Shown piece by piece: positions 35,955-50,274 of a stretch of 64,000 nt of DNA. Made by a program: the position numbers and the translations under genes. The notes beneath the pieces are model-generated. The model saw nothing but the letters and a program-made list of their open reading frames with translations. It did not search any database and was not told where the DNA came from. The first letter of the stretch is position 1, and the number at the start of each line of letters is the position of its first letter. Origin of the DNA: Azolla caroliniana (Eukaryota > Plantae > Polypodiophyta); contig JBHGNT010000006.1 in assembly GCA_043228905.1 (NCBI GenBank), forward strand, positions 4,774,001 through 4,838,000, in the 5' to 3' direction.

Positions 35955-37869
35955 TTCATGGGTTGAAAGCTATGATTATAGTCATGTTGTTTGTGTTGGC
36001 GGGCAACCATTACTCTGTTTTGTCATGTTTATGATTGAACAAGTAAGATGTATCAAATTAAATATACTTGAAGATAAGGGCCCAAGTTCAAAGCTTTGCA
36101 TATAAGTAAACATTCCTATAAAATTGATGGTTGGACTTCGTATAGAAAAGTAGACATCGAAACTAGTACCCAAACGGCCATATCATAATGATTTATTGTA
36201 GGTTTTAGCCTCCCACCCTTTTTTCCCCTTAAACATCAATTGTAGGTCTTATCATTAGAGAATGCATCTTACTCATGATCTAACCTTGTTTCAATTGTTT
36301 ATGTATATTCTCATCTTTTGTGGTTAATGTCCATGGTGTTATTTTTTGCTATATCTCAATTATTGTAATGAAAAAAAGCCAAGTTTTGAGTCTTGACTAC
36401 GTGATTCTGGATTTGCAACTATTTTTGCATTGTCAAAATTCACAAGAGGCCTACATTGATAATTACTACCATATAGACATATTAAGGTGTTTTCTATTGA
36501 AGATAGTTGTAGGCACATAGTTTTAAGCACTATACTTGATATCGTTTGTTGAATAAACAAGAATTTCCAAGATTGTTGAAAAATCTGAGGGCATTTATGT
36601 TTTTAATAGCTACAACAATATCCTATTGAATTCATGTTTGCAAAAGTATATGTTTGTGTGTGCACCTACATAACTAAGCCAAAGGTGTCATCTTAGATAT
36701 ATATGGATATGCATAATCTCCCAGGTGGTGGAAAAATACAAGTTTCTTTGAAAAACATTAGACTTCTCCTTGCTTGCCCCATTGATAACTCAAACATAAT
36801 ACTAGATTGGTGGCGCCAAAGGAGACGAAAATTTTTGCATTTTTATTAGAAAATTATAATTATAATTTATAACACATGTTTACGTAAATGATATTATTAT
36901 AGAGAAGTTTTCAATGCTTAAGGATTTTCAATTGTCAAGTATTATATGTAGAGAATAAGTTCACAAGAAAAAATCAAAAGGAGGTGACACAATTAGGTTC
37001 AAAGTACCATTTTTCTAAGACATGTAAGTGTCCTTTTCAAATATCCAATATTTAGGGCCGAAAGGCCATTTTGTATAGCCCCATATGAAGGATATTTCTT
37101 GAAACCGACAATTCGTATTTGTATACCTCTTAACCGAAACCTCAATCTTCTTGAGTATTTTCCAAAGTTCAATATTGTCAATGATATTTGGTCAAAGATA
37201 TGTAGGGGTAGTTTTTGCAAACGAAGCTTTCAATGATATCTAGTCGAACCCATCTTCCAACAATGTCCAACTGAATTCTCAATATTTTATAAGGATACTT
37301 GGTCGAAGTTACCGAAGGGCATTCTGTTAATTTCAATATTTTCAAACTCCGAGTAACAGTACATAGCGTTGTGTCTTTGGTAAAATATCAGTATTTATCG
37401 GGTATCCAATTTGTCGACGGCGGTAATTTGGTCAATTTCAATATTTCCCGGTCAAGATTACAGGCAGGTCCAATACATATTGTTAAGTGTATCTAGTCAA
37501 GGATATACAAAGGCCAAGTTTGGGCGAATTTTCAATTAAATATGGCAGGTGGTATCCAATTGAGGATAAGGGGGCCAAATTTAGTCAATATCCGATGAAA
37601 TATTATTGGCGGTAAGCGGTCATTTAGGGTACAGAGATTGGGCCATTTCCAAATTCCGACTATGCGATTGTAGGGCCGGTTATTTGGTCTTTCATGTGGT
37701 AAATCTCAAGAGTTCATTTTTAGGTCAAGATTAAAAATGCACAGGAAAAGGAAGGATGGAGAGGGAGGGGTATTTCGCGAATTTCAGAAAACCTGCACTT
37801 CTGTCTCATTCGTCCACTTCCAGAGTTTGACTTCATCTCCTGCTGATCCTTCCTCTATTTCCATTTCCG

Positions 37870-38275
37870 GGAAACCCTAATTCTGGCAGAGGAAAGCCCT
37901 AACCCTAGCCATTTCCAGAGAAGACCTTGCTCCTAACTTCCCTGTCTCTGCTTTTCCATTGTGCGCAAGCCATATCCCTAATCTTCTCCCAGAAAGCCCT
38001 GTCCATATAATCGTCTATAATCCTCTACTCTCAGAACCATGTACAAACCCTAACCTATAACCCTACCTGTTAATAAAAAATAACCCCCACCCTAATCCTT
38101 GCCTGAAAACCCCTAATCCTTTCTTGACTAAGCCCTAACCCTCGCGCATGACCCCTTAACCCTAATCCTTGCCTTACAAAACTCTAAACATCGCCTATGA
38201 CATCTTGACCCTTATCCTGGATCGAGGCCCAATAGCCTTAATCCTCGCTCATGACCCCTTAACCCTAATCCTAAA
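37870..38275 (+). repeat. Cluster of degenerate telomere-like (A)AACCCTAA / telo-box motifs upstream of the U-box gene
   Basis: Many ccctaa/aaccctaa copies, e.g. at 37872, 38045, 38135, 38158 and 38261. Confidence 0.55.
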
Positions 38276-38304
38276 ATCTCTCTGCCTCTTCTCTGCTGCT
38301 GGAT

Positions 38305-40239
38305 ATGGACCAATGGCCTCGCGAGTTTCTTTGTCCGATCTCGAGGTCGGTAATGGCGGATCCGGTGATAGTCTCCACAGGAGAGACCTACGAGAGAGTA
38401 TGCATTGAATCATGGTTAAAACTCAAACAGAACCCTTGCATGAAGAAGAAGTCTCCAGTGGATCCATCCTTCATCGTGCCCAACCTTGCTCTGCGGAGCC
38501 TCATAACCACCATGATCACAGCTCGAGGTATGGAAATTCCTCTTCCCCCAAACCCTGACACTGCTCATTACTTGGCTGAACGTTATTTTCATGAAGCTAA
38601 AGCTGCTTCAAGATCCTTCGTAACTGTACAAAAAGAACGTGTTTATGGAGGGTTTGGTTCTGGAACAGAAGAAGAAATACAAGAACGAGGGCATGGAGTT
38701 GGGTTTGGCTCAGAAATAGAAAAAGAGGAAGAAGTGTATGGATTAGGGTTTGGGTCATCAGGGAAAGAAGTGGAAGAAAATGAATTAGGGTTCAGGAATG
38801 CAGGATCAAAATCAACCAAAAGACATGGATTCGGAATACCGAATAGACTAGAGTTTAATAAAACTGATGGATCTCTCAATAAAGACATTTGCGATAACTC
38901 GGGACTTGACACGAACCAATCCAGTGGATTAGAGTTTGGCAGAAATGAATCTCAGAACATAGGAAGAGTGGGGGAAAGAGCACAAATCAAAACAAACAAT
39001 AAACAGATGGGCAGAAATACACCACCAAGAGATGTGATGGATGACATAAAGAACGAGTCTTTGAAGAAATCTCCAAACAGAGACCACACGATCAAGAATC
39101 CACGGCTGGATGGAACTGAGAGTGATGATGGGATAAATTCCAACGTCAGAGGAGCCACTAGTCCATGGACGAATATAAGTGAACCTTCTAACCACCTACT
39201 GGCATCAAATGGAAGTATAATTCCTCCATCTTTGGTCATTAGACCATCTTCATATGTACCTGATGATGTGCCACATCAAGGTTTTTCAGTTGAATCTCTT
39301 GTGCTTAAGCTCAAAGACATGGATGTGAAGAAACAAGTAGAAGGAGTTTCCGAACTTCGCCATCTCACACGAAGTGGGGCTGAATCTCGTCTTTTGCTGT
39401 GCAACCCCAGTATCATTGAAGCACTGATACCACTGCTGATCTCGCAGGCTTCGCATATACAAGTTGATGCCACAGCAGCTCTTATGAATCTATCTCTTGA
39501 AAATCTGAATAAGTTGAAGATTGTACGGGAAGGAGCTATTCCTTCATTAGTTGAGGTGCTCACACATGGAGTTCATGAAGCTCGGCATCACGCAGCTGGA
39601 ACAATATTTAGCCTTTCTGTTGCAGAAGAGAATCGGCATCCTTTAGGTGTTCTGAATACTATTCCCCCCCTTATTGATTTGCTCCGATCAGGTCCATCAG
39701 AAGCCAAACAAGACGCAGCCCTCGCATTATATCAGCTTTCACTTCTACACATGAATGCAAGTAAAATTGTTAAGCTTCGTGCTGTTCCCATTCTTTTAAA
39801 TCTTGCTAAGTCTGAAGAACGATCTAAGCTTGCATATTGGTCACTCCACATCCTTCATAATGTTGCCTCCATTCCTGACGGCCAAGCTTCTCTTCTTCAA
39901 CTAGATGCAATCACGGATTTAGTGAAGGTGCTAGCTTCCAATAGGATCGAGAAAAAAGCTGAGATACATGAACAAGCTGCATCAGTACTCTTGGTTCTAT
40001 CCAAAGGCAACTCAAGATTCAAGTTTATGGCGATGCAAGCAGGTGCCCCAGAGCTTCTAAATTCTCTGGCTCATAGTGGAACTCCTCGTGCTCGAACAAA
40101 AGCTCTTGCATTGCTTGAAATAATGAAAGAGAGTTCCTCAGAAAGTGAAGACTGCAATTCGTATTTGATCATGTCGAGGCAATATAAGCAATGGAATATC
40201 GGAAGGTCAGATGAACAACCAAATTCTTCAGCTTTTTGA
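38305..40239 (+). CDS. Plant U-box/ARM-repeat E3 ubiquitin ligase (PUB38-41-like), single exon, 644 aa
   Basis: U-box PREFLCPISRSVMADPVIVSTGETYERVCIESWL..VPNLALRSLI. ARM repeats QVDATAALMNLSLENLNKLKIVREGAIPSLVEVL..EARHHAAGTIFSLS..AKQDAALALYQLS. Confidence 0.93.
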   Translation: MDQWPREFLCPISRSVMADPVIVSTGETYERVCIESWLKLKQNPCMKKKSPVDPSFIVPNLALRSLITTMITARGMEIPLPPNPDTAHYLAERYFHEAKAASRSFVTVQKERVYGGFGSGTEEEIQERGHGVGFGSEIEKEEEVYGLGFGSSGKEVEENELGFRNAGSKSTKRHGFGIPNRLEFNKTDGSLNKDICDNSGLDTNQSSGLEFGRNESQNIGRVGERAQIKTNNKQMGRNTPPRDVMDDIKNESLKKSPNRDHTIKNPRLDGTESDDGINSNVRGATSPWTNISEPSNHLLASNGSIIPPSLVIRPSSYVPDDVPHQGFSVESLVLKLKDMDVKKQVEGVSELRHLTRSGAESRLLLCNPSIIEALIPLLISQASHIQVDATAALMNLSLENLNKLKIVREGAIPSLVEVLTHGVHEARHHAAGTIFSLSVAEENRHPLGVLNTIPPLIDLLRSGPSEAKQDAALALYQLSLLHMNASKIVKLRAVPILLNLAKSEERSKLAYWSLHILHNVASIPDGQASLLQLDAITDLVKVLASNRIEKKAEIHEQAASVLLVLSKGNSRFKFMAMQAGAPELLNSLAHSGTPRARTKALALLEIMKESSSESEDCNSYLIMSRQYKQWNIGRSDEQPNSSAF

Positions 40240-41379
40240 GGATAGGGGAATATGCTGCAAATCAAGTTTTGGATGTACCTCTCTGTATAGGTTCGGTGCC
40301 ATAAAATCATATAAACAATCAAATTGATTGTGAATGGCTTCAGTCAAGAGGCAGTGTACCATATTTGTGTCTGCCATGCATTTTGTATTCATATTGAGGA
40401 TCCCCTTACAGGAATGGTGCCATATTTTGGCAAGCCATGCATTTTGTACATCATATTCAGGATTCTCCTTTGTAATAAAAGTTTTTGGGAAAATTTTCTG
40501 TTTATTTTCAGAAACTGTAATTAATTTGATGAAATCAAGTAATTGGCAAGTTCTCCGTTAGGTGCATTCTATTGATGTTCTCAGGGTTACAAGATCATGG
40601 TAATAGACTATGATGATTAGTCCTGTATCAAATACTGGTCTCAGGTGTTTTGAACCCGTAATATTATAACTTATATCTTTTATTGGAGTATTAATGGCCA
40701 GAGTTATGCAACATATTTTACATTTTCTTATCGGAGAAACCGTTAAACAGTCGAATTAATTCTTGCATCCATTTTCTGATGTGTCTTTTGTGAAGAATCA
40801 GAGAATTTTTAGTTACTTGATAACATGTGTTCCATCATATCTTGGGGTGGGTCTTCTTAACACGTGTTCTAGTAATGTGACAAAATCACAGATTTGTGAT
40901 TTACTCCGGCATAAGTAGTATCTTGATACATGCATGTTTCATTTTAGGTGAGAAATTAGAATTTTCTAAACCCATGTTCTAGTGTTTATGATTTATTCAA
41001 GCACAATAAGCGTCTTCTAAACGCAATAATATTTAATAAATGTGGTTGTAACTCTCACTCTCTCTCTCTCTAGGTAGGAAGATGACCCCCCATAAGACAC
41101 TTTTTACACCTATTTGGAGGATGGATTCATCATCAGGCCCTCATATATTGGCATACATCTATCGTATGTGTTGCACAATGTGATAGGACAGCTCAAACTT
41201 CTTTTTGTCGAGCAGTTATAGGCCAATCATGATTGGCCATTACGTGGCTAAGTAGTATGGCTCAATCCTAGAGTCAGAATTGAGTGTATGGACAAAGTAA
41301 AAGGATTGTCGTTCAGCTAGACAAGTAGGCTTTCAAATGGGGTTCACCACTTTGGATCACATCTTGATCCCCCCAAAAG

Positions 41380-42900
41380 CCCTTATCCAAGAGGGTAACG
41401 TCCATTATAAGAGGATTTATTGCTACATTGTGGATTTCCAAAAATCCTTTTGACATTGTTACGTGCTTGGCTCATGCAATGGGTAGAAGCACTTGATGTC
41501 CCTACAGATATGAATCCGGGTGAGGAAAAGTATGATCTTCCAATGGTCTGTAAAAGCTTGTGGCTAGCAAATTGGAGTTAAAATAAGAATGCCCACTATC
41601 ACCCACTCTCTTGGATCTCTATATAGATGAGGTACCACATTACATGGAGAGATTTGATTGTTAGGGAGCATGCTCAGTGGGTATAGTATATAAATATTAC
41701 TATATGTTGATGATATTTTCCAGTAGCTCCAACACTTCAGAAGAACTAAAAGGACATCTAAACGTCTTTAAAGTATTTTGTACGGACGAAGGTTTGTCAA
41801 TAAATATGGATAAAACTAAACCAATGTTGTTTAACTGAGTCAAGCATGAGTAACAAGATCAAAACCAAAATTCTTCTTGGGAGAGGAAAAGATGGCATGC
41901 ATACTGTCCTAGACATACCTAGGAATAACATTCACGAAACCTAAGTTCTGCTTATGGAAGTTTGCTTGTGCTCAACTTTCTCGTGGATATGTAGCCCTTG
42001 TGGTCTTGAAAGAAATTGTGCACATTTGTAGTTTCAAGCGCCAAAACTAAATTGTGGCTATTTGATGCACTTTCACACCAACTCTTTGCTATGGAGTAGA
42101 AACGGGGTCGTCAAGCCTTAACAAGGCAACATTGTAAAGTTTTTTAACATATCTAATCTCAATGATTGCCTACATGATAAGGAGCAAAGCATTGGTGTTC
42201 CATGGTATAATCAAGCCGAAATGGGTGCAACCACTTTAATTATCGAGGCATTATTTTGATTAGTAACATATATCCAACACTTAACTACCTAAATGATGGT
42301 ACTCAAGGTTGGCATTTATATCATCAAAACATGTTGTTGAACATCGAGATATTCATTGTTTGTATTCTGAAATGCAACAATGGTTCAAGTCACATGGAAT
42401 AACCATAAATGCATTACCCCTACTTAATATAGCTTAGATTGTCCCCATCTAAACATGACCAAAGTGGAAAAGAATAGAGTGATCCGGAGTGATATTATTA
42501 ACTTATAAAACAAGATAACATGGATCAATCCCAAACATCACTTGGTACGAAGATGACCCACTATAAGACACTTTTTACACAAGCCCCTATATGGATATAC
42601 ATCTATCATATGCATTATGCAATGTGATAGGGTAATCGCAAACTTCTTTGCATCAATTATAGATTGAGGTAGGCAAATATGCACAAATACCTCCAGAAGA
42701 AAGAATTTGCCAATTGTCTCACCAAGACAAGTGAAATCTAAAGAACACTGCATCGCTGCTGATGTTTTTTATGAAATACAAGGCAGATATCATTGCCTCT
42801 TTAATCAAGGTTTTGGCCCACCACACAAAGTAATGGAATATGAGGACCAATGATGCCTAGGGTTTTTCTTGCTAGAACTCATGAGGCACATGGAAAAGTT
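41380..42900 (+). mobile_element. Highly degenerate RTE-like LINE
   Basis: Frame-broken remnants YIVDFQKSF, PLSPTL..LYIDE, LLYVDDI, GLSINMDKTK, YLGITF. Confidence 0.65.
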
Positions 42901-43782
42901 GTTGGACAACAATATAACCACATAAGCTCATCAACAAAGAACAATCACAATTCACAACTTTCTTTAACCCCATCACTCCCTACTCATACTATATCTCTTC
43001 TACTCTTTCTTTAGCTCCATCACTCCTAAGACATAGCAAAGGGATTACAATGGATCAATGAATAGCAATTTTCCATGAATGTACGCCCAACCTCTTGGAC
43101 CATTATCTCACCACGTTTACCATCAAAAGTTAACGACCATTATCTCTTGCTATCACAAGAGCTTCCTTCACTTCCAAGACATCTCTGTTCTGGATAGATA
43201 TTTTGAAGTCAAAACTTATAAACTATGTTATTTGAGAATCTTACATGCACTCTTTCACTTAGAAACATTTATTTTGGTTTTTTATTCCCAAAGACAAGAC
43301 AACACTTAAGATTTAATCTCTTGTTTGGTGATTATGATTTTTTCAGAAACAATCAATAGGTACTTGTAAATCAGAACCTTCTAAGCAGATGTTTCAATAT
43401 ATTTACCAAACATGCTTGTATACTCTGTATATAAAGCCTTTTGTGTACAAGTACATGGCACCCTTGACCACAATCTTACACCAACTTCCTCCCGAAGTGT
43501 TATTGATGCCATGAAACAAGAAGTAATTTGGATGACAGTCATTACCACCATTAATTTTGGTCAACATTTGTATCAAGATATTTATCTCTAAATAAATTGC
43601 AATGAAGAGTGTATCCCTAAGCTGGTATACATCATTAACAAAAACAAAAGTTTTCAGCGTGCCTTGTGATATTTACACTTATTTCAAATCCCTCTGAATT
43701 AAACCAAGCATATAAGCCTCTATAACTCATGCAGATGTTGGCATTTGTATGAGGGGAAATGGAGAACAATCCAAGTTTTTTT

Positions 43783-46700
43783 TCACCAGTTACTTAGTTG
43801 CGAAGTAACACCTTTTTCACGAACATGATAACTGGTGTGCATGATCTCCAATGCCTTCACTGAGCCAGGGTGATCTAACCATGAACTATATAATTCCTTG
43901 ATAATTGGATTGTCAAAGGGGTCCGCAACATTAACCTGCATAGGCCACACTGTCATTAAATATTGAACAATGAATTAATAGCAAAGCATTATCACACAGG
44001 GCACGAGTGGTTGGCCAAGTGGTTTGGGTTCTTCCCCTGTAACTGTAGGTCTGGAGATTTAACTCCCACTTCCACCTCTGGTCAATAGAAAAAGAAGAAC
44101 AGAAATAAAGGTTACCTCTTTAAGATAAACACCCTCAAGATTCTGTATTAGTTCTTTGCCAGACTGCCCCTTTCTCGGTTTAATCTGACCTCCTCCATTT
44201 AAACATCCTATAATGTAAGAAAACATTGAGACATAGCAACCAACCTATGCTAAAAATTTCTTGAAGAAAGGGAAATAAAAAAAATCACAAATATAAAACC
44301 TGCTGGGCAAGCCATAACTTCAACAAACTGGTATTCACACTTGCCCGCTTTCACTTTCCGGACAAGGTTTTGAATATTCCGGAATCCATAGCAGCAAGCA
44401 AATCGTAGAACAATCTCTCCTTCAAACTATCAATTGTCATTTACATGAAAATATATCCATCATTGACATGTCAATACTTTACCAACTGCAATGACAATGA
44501 ATATATCCTTTACCTCTAAAATCAACTCTTTGAAGTCTGAATTTCTCAATGTTTTAAAATTCAAAGAGGTGGGCATCTCCTTCCCAAAAAGTTTCGAAGC
44601 AGCGTATCGGAATATACATTCTGTATAGCCTCCAGATCCTCCTCGTGTGCCATATAGATGCCCAGCCTCATCAACATTTGACAACCTACATGACAAAAAC
44701 CGTACATTGCTTTATGAGATTTGTATGTTTTAAATTAAATCGTGATTAAAATGTACTATGGTTGTTACTTCTATTTCTTCTTGGTTGATGTTTATCGGTT
44801 TCGATACTTCCATTGCCAGGTATAATCTCTGTGTTTTTCTAGAACTTGTATCAGAAGTCATCCGGGTATGAATTGTAACTCTTGGTCTGACTGGCATTTC
44901 TGTAACACTCCATTTAATAACTTCTTCTCTTTTTGGCCATTAAACAATATCAAGGTATAAAGACACATCTATTTCCTATGGACAAAAGTTTGGCAGACAA
45001 TGCTTTTACTTCGTTTGTTGCATGCCTTGGTCCCATGAATCAATAGAGAATGATCATAGATGAGTATGAGCACCTCTGTGTGTGTCTGTGTGTATGTTGC
45101 CCACCATACCCACTCTATCTCTTAAATATCTGTATATATTCAGCTGATGTAAAGATCTGCATTTGCCTCCAGCTGATCCCTAGTATTGATCCCATATATT
45201 CATGCAGAATCCATAGCTGGATTTGCAAGATCTCAACTACAACCATGTAAGTAGGTATGCTACTTTTGTTAAAATATGGGGCTTACATTAACAGAACAGG
45301 AAACCCAAGAGGATTGCATTATTCTGAAGTAAAATCGGTTTAGGGAAGCTATTGGCCTAAAATCAAGGGTATTAGCCTTTGCTATCCCTCTGTATTTTAT
45401 TGTCTTTAACTGAGCTGCGCAATGCATCTCTGGATGGCCTACTATTGACCTTTGATCACCCTGGATGGATCTCAATGTTTCTGTTGAGCTATTTTATATC
45501 AGATTTTTGAGTGATGTATAATATACTCATAAGCAACGTTTTTCATTAATGAAGTTAACTAAACCTGCACTTGTATAACATTCAAGGAAGAGGTGACTTA
45601 CATTCTATCAAGAGGATTTTCCTCCAATGACATAAAATCAGAGCATTTCACCTGCAATTGTAAGCAATCAGCAAAGAACTGAAATTTCTATCTAAAAAAC
45701 ATGTTCAATCTAGAAATGTTAATGCCTACTTGCAACAGATCCAATATTTCTCCAGAGGTAAGTACACAGTCAACCTCAGTCAACCTTTTATCTTCATCAC
45801 CACCCCCATCAGGAATGGAAAACAGGAAATCATCCCTTGAAGCTTCCAGCTTCTTGTCATAGCATGGCATCACAGTTACATGATATACTTTATCAGGCCT
45901 GACACAGAGAAATGAGACTGAGAAATATTGTCCTAAATTACTTCACAGTACATAATGTGCATATATGAAATAAGACAAGCATGCACATACATTGAGCCTT
46001 GACCACATAAAATATCCATTAGATATAGGAATCATGGATAAATGCCATAAATATTACAATTATATACATAACAGTACGAGAAATGTATACATACCCTAAG
46101 TAGCAACATCTGACCTCATAAATATAAGCAAATCTAGACATATATATAAATGCCAATATACTGCAATTACATCATCCAGCAAGAGATATACACAAATAGC
46201 GGTGTGAATATGCATTTCTTACAGAAGGAGATGGAACCTTTCTCTTGGATATTAGGTTTTCTGAGGATATGTTAATCAAATATTTGTACACAGATTAGAC
46301 ATTATCACAAAGTTTAAAATATTGGGTTTTCTGTACACATGTTAATAAAATATTTGTATGCAGATTAAATATTGCCATATAATTTCAAATATTAGGTGTT
46401 CTATGCATTACTTTAACCAAATATTTGTTAACAAGAGAGCTTAGAGAACCTAATCTTCCAATCTTTGTCACACAAGAGGGCCAGGGGTGGCCTAATGGTA
46501 GGCATTTTCCCTGTTTACCTTAGGTCAAGAGTTCAACTCCTGCCCAGCCCTAGTCCTCAGCAATTTTATACAACCTAGAAATCATGCAATATATATTATA
46601 AATCAATGATATAATAAATTTCAAGGAACATATACTTTGTGATGTGAATAAGAATCTTAAGGAAGCCTACACATTATGAGTGCAAACACATACACGTACA

Positions 46701-49700
46701 CACAGATTCTTACTTCAACCCTAAGTTATAGCAGGCATAGTGCTTGATAATGGCACCCATAGTTTGCTGAGGGCTTTTGACAGAGCTTATATGTGACAGT
46801 ATGGAAGCATCCAGTGTCTTCTCAGCATAGCAAATCCAGCCTGTAATTAAGGAAGAGAATTATAAGGTCATCCAACTACTTTCCTAGTAGAGAATGAGCA
46901 AATGTGAAGGACTCCTGAAAAGTTGTTTTAATGACACTTCATGGTTATATTTAAACCAACAGGACATTTTAATACCATTTGATAGTTATATTAGATTTCC
47001 AAATGCTGACCTGGACAAGATGACGCAAGTATAGGCAAATTCTGCTGTTTGATGCCAGTTCTTTGATCTTCTTTGTACCTTCGTACAAATTCTTCACATG
47101 ATTCTATAAGAGTTAAATCCCGACTGCAACTTGTATCAAAGATTGCCTTAACACCCAGATTCCTCAGAAATGTTGACAGCTTCTTCAAAGCCTAAGACCA
47201 CAAATAGTTATTCTCAACCCCATTGCTTTAATGTCCAATTATGACACCAAGTTTGAACATTGGAGAGGTATTACTTGAAGAGGTGTTATCCCATAATAGC
47301 TAGCCAAACTGGCCCGAGACTGAGGAGATATCGAAACAATCACTGCTTTATCCCTATTCAATAATTGACTCATGAACTCATCAACACTTTGCTGTTCCAA
47401 CATTACAGTCTCTGCTGATGTGATACACCCACTGCAATTAAGTAAGAAAAACATGAATCTCACAACTACAAAACTTTCAAAGCACCTTTCCTTTCCATGG
47501 AACAAATGCCTAGGCCATATACAGACATTAAGTGTCCAAACTCATGAGCATAAGCCTGATATGGATGTGACAGCTTTATAACGAGATCTCACAGAAGAAA
47601 AATAATAATCGCCCTAAATAATATGCAGCCTAACCCTCAAAACTTTTAAGTTGGACATAAGATGTGTAAAAACAGTGTTTTTCTTTAGCATAGTTCACCT
47701 GAAACACACATAAAAATAAGAACATAAACTGTATTTCTTTATCTTTTTTCCTTGTATGCAAATTGCAGGGGTCAAGGGAACATGCATGTAGTGGGCATGG
47801 ATTTTAGAGGCGAACGTGTGGTAAGCACATGGATTGGACACCTTGGCCCCAGGAATATATCAAGGTTTGGATTCTCATCAATACTAATCTTCTAGTTGAG
47901 ACCTACTACAATCTGTGAATACAAAGTCAATGGCAGTCAACGGCTTTGTTCCCCACACTCTATGAACTTAGCCCTAACATGTGCATAAAATCATGAAACA
48001 TGGTAGAATCACAACTGAGCCTAGACAAAGGCATTCTCTATTGTATCTCCAATCCAATAATCATCTTTTCTATATAAGTTAGTCATTATCAGCCTCTTTC
48101 CATGTCTCTGATTATTTTCACAAACACACCTATGGCTTGAATGGGTCGTAGCAATATGCTCCATAACTACATCAGGTTTTTTTCCCTTTGATACACATTC
48201 CCTTCTATATGCTATGTTTGGTATTAATCATAGGTCCTTCCCACCATCACCAGAGAAGAGACACATGTACAATTTGAGGCCAGCACTGAGACCTCAGCAC
48301 ATGGAAAATGTGTGGAAAATGGTTCCCATTAGATTGACAGCTAACGTGATCACTTTCAAAACTGACCCATTTCTCAGGTTGTTCTCAACTATAGGTAGTC
48401 TACAAATACAAAATGTACCAGTTCTAGGGCAATTTCACCCATAAAAGTAAACAAACAGCATTATTGCCCTAGACAGTAAAAGATGAAGTAAGTACCTGCA
48501 AGCTAGGCAGTCATGCAATGTCACTTTTACAGGTTCTGTGTCTAATGTTCTAACTTTTGCTCTTTCTTGTATCTGCACCAAACCATCCTGACACAGTTGA
48601 CACCAATTTGAGAGGTAAGAAGAATGCAAACAAAAGGATTATGTCACACAATGATAAATAATATAATATCCTATCTAGAGTGCAACTTTTAAATAAGATC
48701 ACAGCATTCTTGATTGAACTGAAGTGATTACAAACATTCTCCCAGCAGCAGCATTAATTCAATTCCTATTATAGGTGGTAGGCAGACACTACAAAGCCTT
48801 GTGTCCTTCGCCGAGACATTGTCTAGCTCCTGCGATGTCAAAAACGTGTAGTGATCTTCTGTTGGCCGTCAACCTATGCTTTTTAATTATCCAGTTACCA
48901 AAAACTTTACTCGGAAAAAGATATCTCATTAATGAACTAAAGAAGAGTATAACAGGTATAAACACACCTACGTTCATTTGCTCCATTTGTCCTAATCATT
49001 GTTCAAATCATAAACAAGCCAAAAGATTAGGCACGGAAGAATTGTACACATGCACAGAAACATGGGATATTCATGACCAATCAATTAGACTGAAAGTTTA
49101 GAGAGAAATCTTCTTTATCATGGATTCGTGGGACAAGTTGGAGATGGATGGATAATGGAAACCATGTGCACAATTGAAGTTGCACACATGTCTGGAATAC
49201 AATGAGAAACTTTGGGCAGATTGAAAAAAAATATCTACAATTATATGGAAATACTAGATATCTGAAATTGTAGATCTGGATTATAATGATTTCAAGTACA
49301 ATGTAATGAGTTCCTATGACTTTGAGGTATTTTCATTTATGTTGAAAGACTATGTACCTGAAATTGTGAATCTGGATTATAATGTGTTCAAGTATGACGT
49401 AGTCGGTTCCTATAACCTATTAAGATGCAATGAGATTCTATAATTTGTAAACCTCTTGTATTAAATGCATGATTTGATGACCTAGACATATTTTCATTCC
49501 TATAATGTACATTCTTTCTTTAGTAATAATGCATAAAAACCCTACTGTAAGTATAAAAGAAGTAAGGAACTTTTTAAGATTCAAGACATTTCAAATGCAA
49601 GGTCTAAAAAGGGAAAGAGAAAAACAGTGATGGAACAAAACAAAAAGTTGTGGGTTTTTCTCAAAAAACTAAAATTTTAACAGCTGAAAGAAGAAAACAT

Positions 49701-49965
49701 GAAAAAACCTTGTTGGTTCCTTCTCGACACTTTTCAAGAGAAGAGAACAAATAGGCGATGTAACAAAACAAACAAATTAGGGTTTTGAGAGATCGAGGTT
49801 TCTGTTTTCCAAAACACAAAATACTTAACAGATGAAAGAAGCAGATAATGAAACCTGTGTTGGGTCCTTCTTGACTCCTTTCAGGGAGACGACGCAGGCC
49901 TGTGAAGGAGCGATGAAATCATTCAAATCGCCTAGCTTCAAAGCGGCAGAAAATCTCTCGCTCAT
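43783..49965 (-). CDS. NAR1: Cytosolic Fe-S cluster assembly factor NAR1 ([FeFe]-hydrogenase-like), multi-exon
   Basis: Exon 1 (49855-49965) [30 protein letters not shown]. Further exons [11 protein letters not shown]|[32 protein letters not shown]|[46 protein letters not shown]|[10 protein letters not shown]; ends TSQLSNW* at 43783. Confidence 0.95.
46478..46552 (+). repeat. tRNA-derived SINE-like sequence in a NAR1 intron (similar decayed copy at ~44000-44080)
   Basis: A-box TGGCCTAATGG and B-box GAGTTCAACTCC at tRNA-like spacing, but no canonical cloverleaf or anticodon arm. Confidence 0.5.
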
Positions 49966-50274
49966 GTTGTTTTGGTATTTGGTTAAGGAAAGAGAAAAAT
50001 GAAGACAAAAGAAGAGAAGAAGAAAGAGAAACAGATATCATACATACATATATATATCAATATGTATGTATATACTGTTATACATATAGAAGAGGAACGA
50101 GAAAGAGATATCATACATACATATTGATGTATGCTCGTTGCTATCCTGCACCAAATCATAAAGAGGGCTGGTGAGGGAATCGCGGCCACAGACGGTGCAG
50201 GTCGCCTAGAGGAAGGTGCGTGCGATCTGCACCGTCAGATTTCGATAAGGAAGAGCGCGCGAAAAAAAAAGTTG

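Noticed and set aside
43999-44080. tRNA gene candidates in NAR1 introns (also 46478-46552)
   Set aside because: Only A/B-box remnants with no complete cloverleaf; treated as SINE-like.
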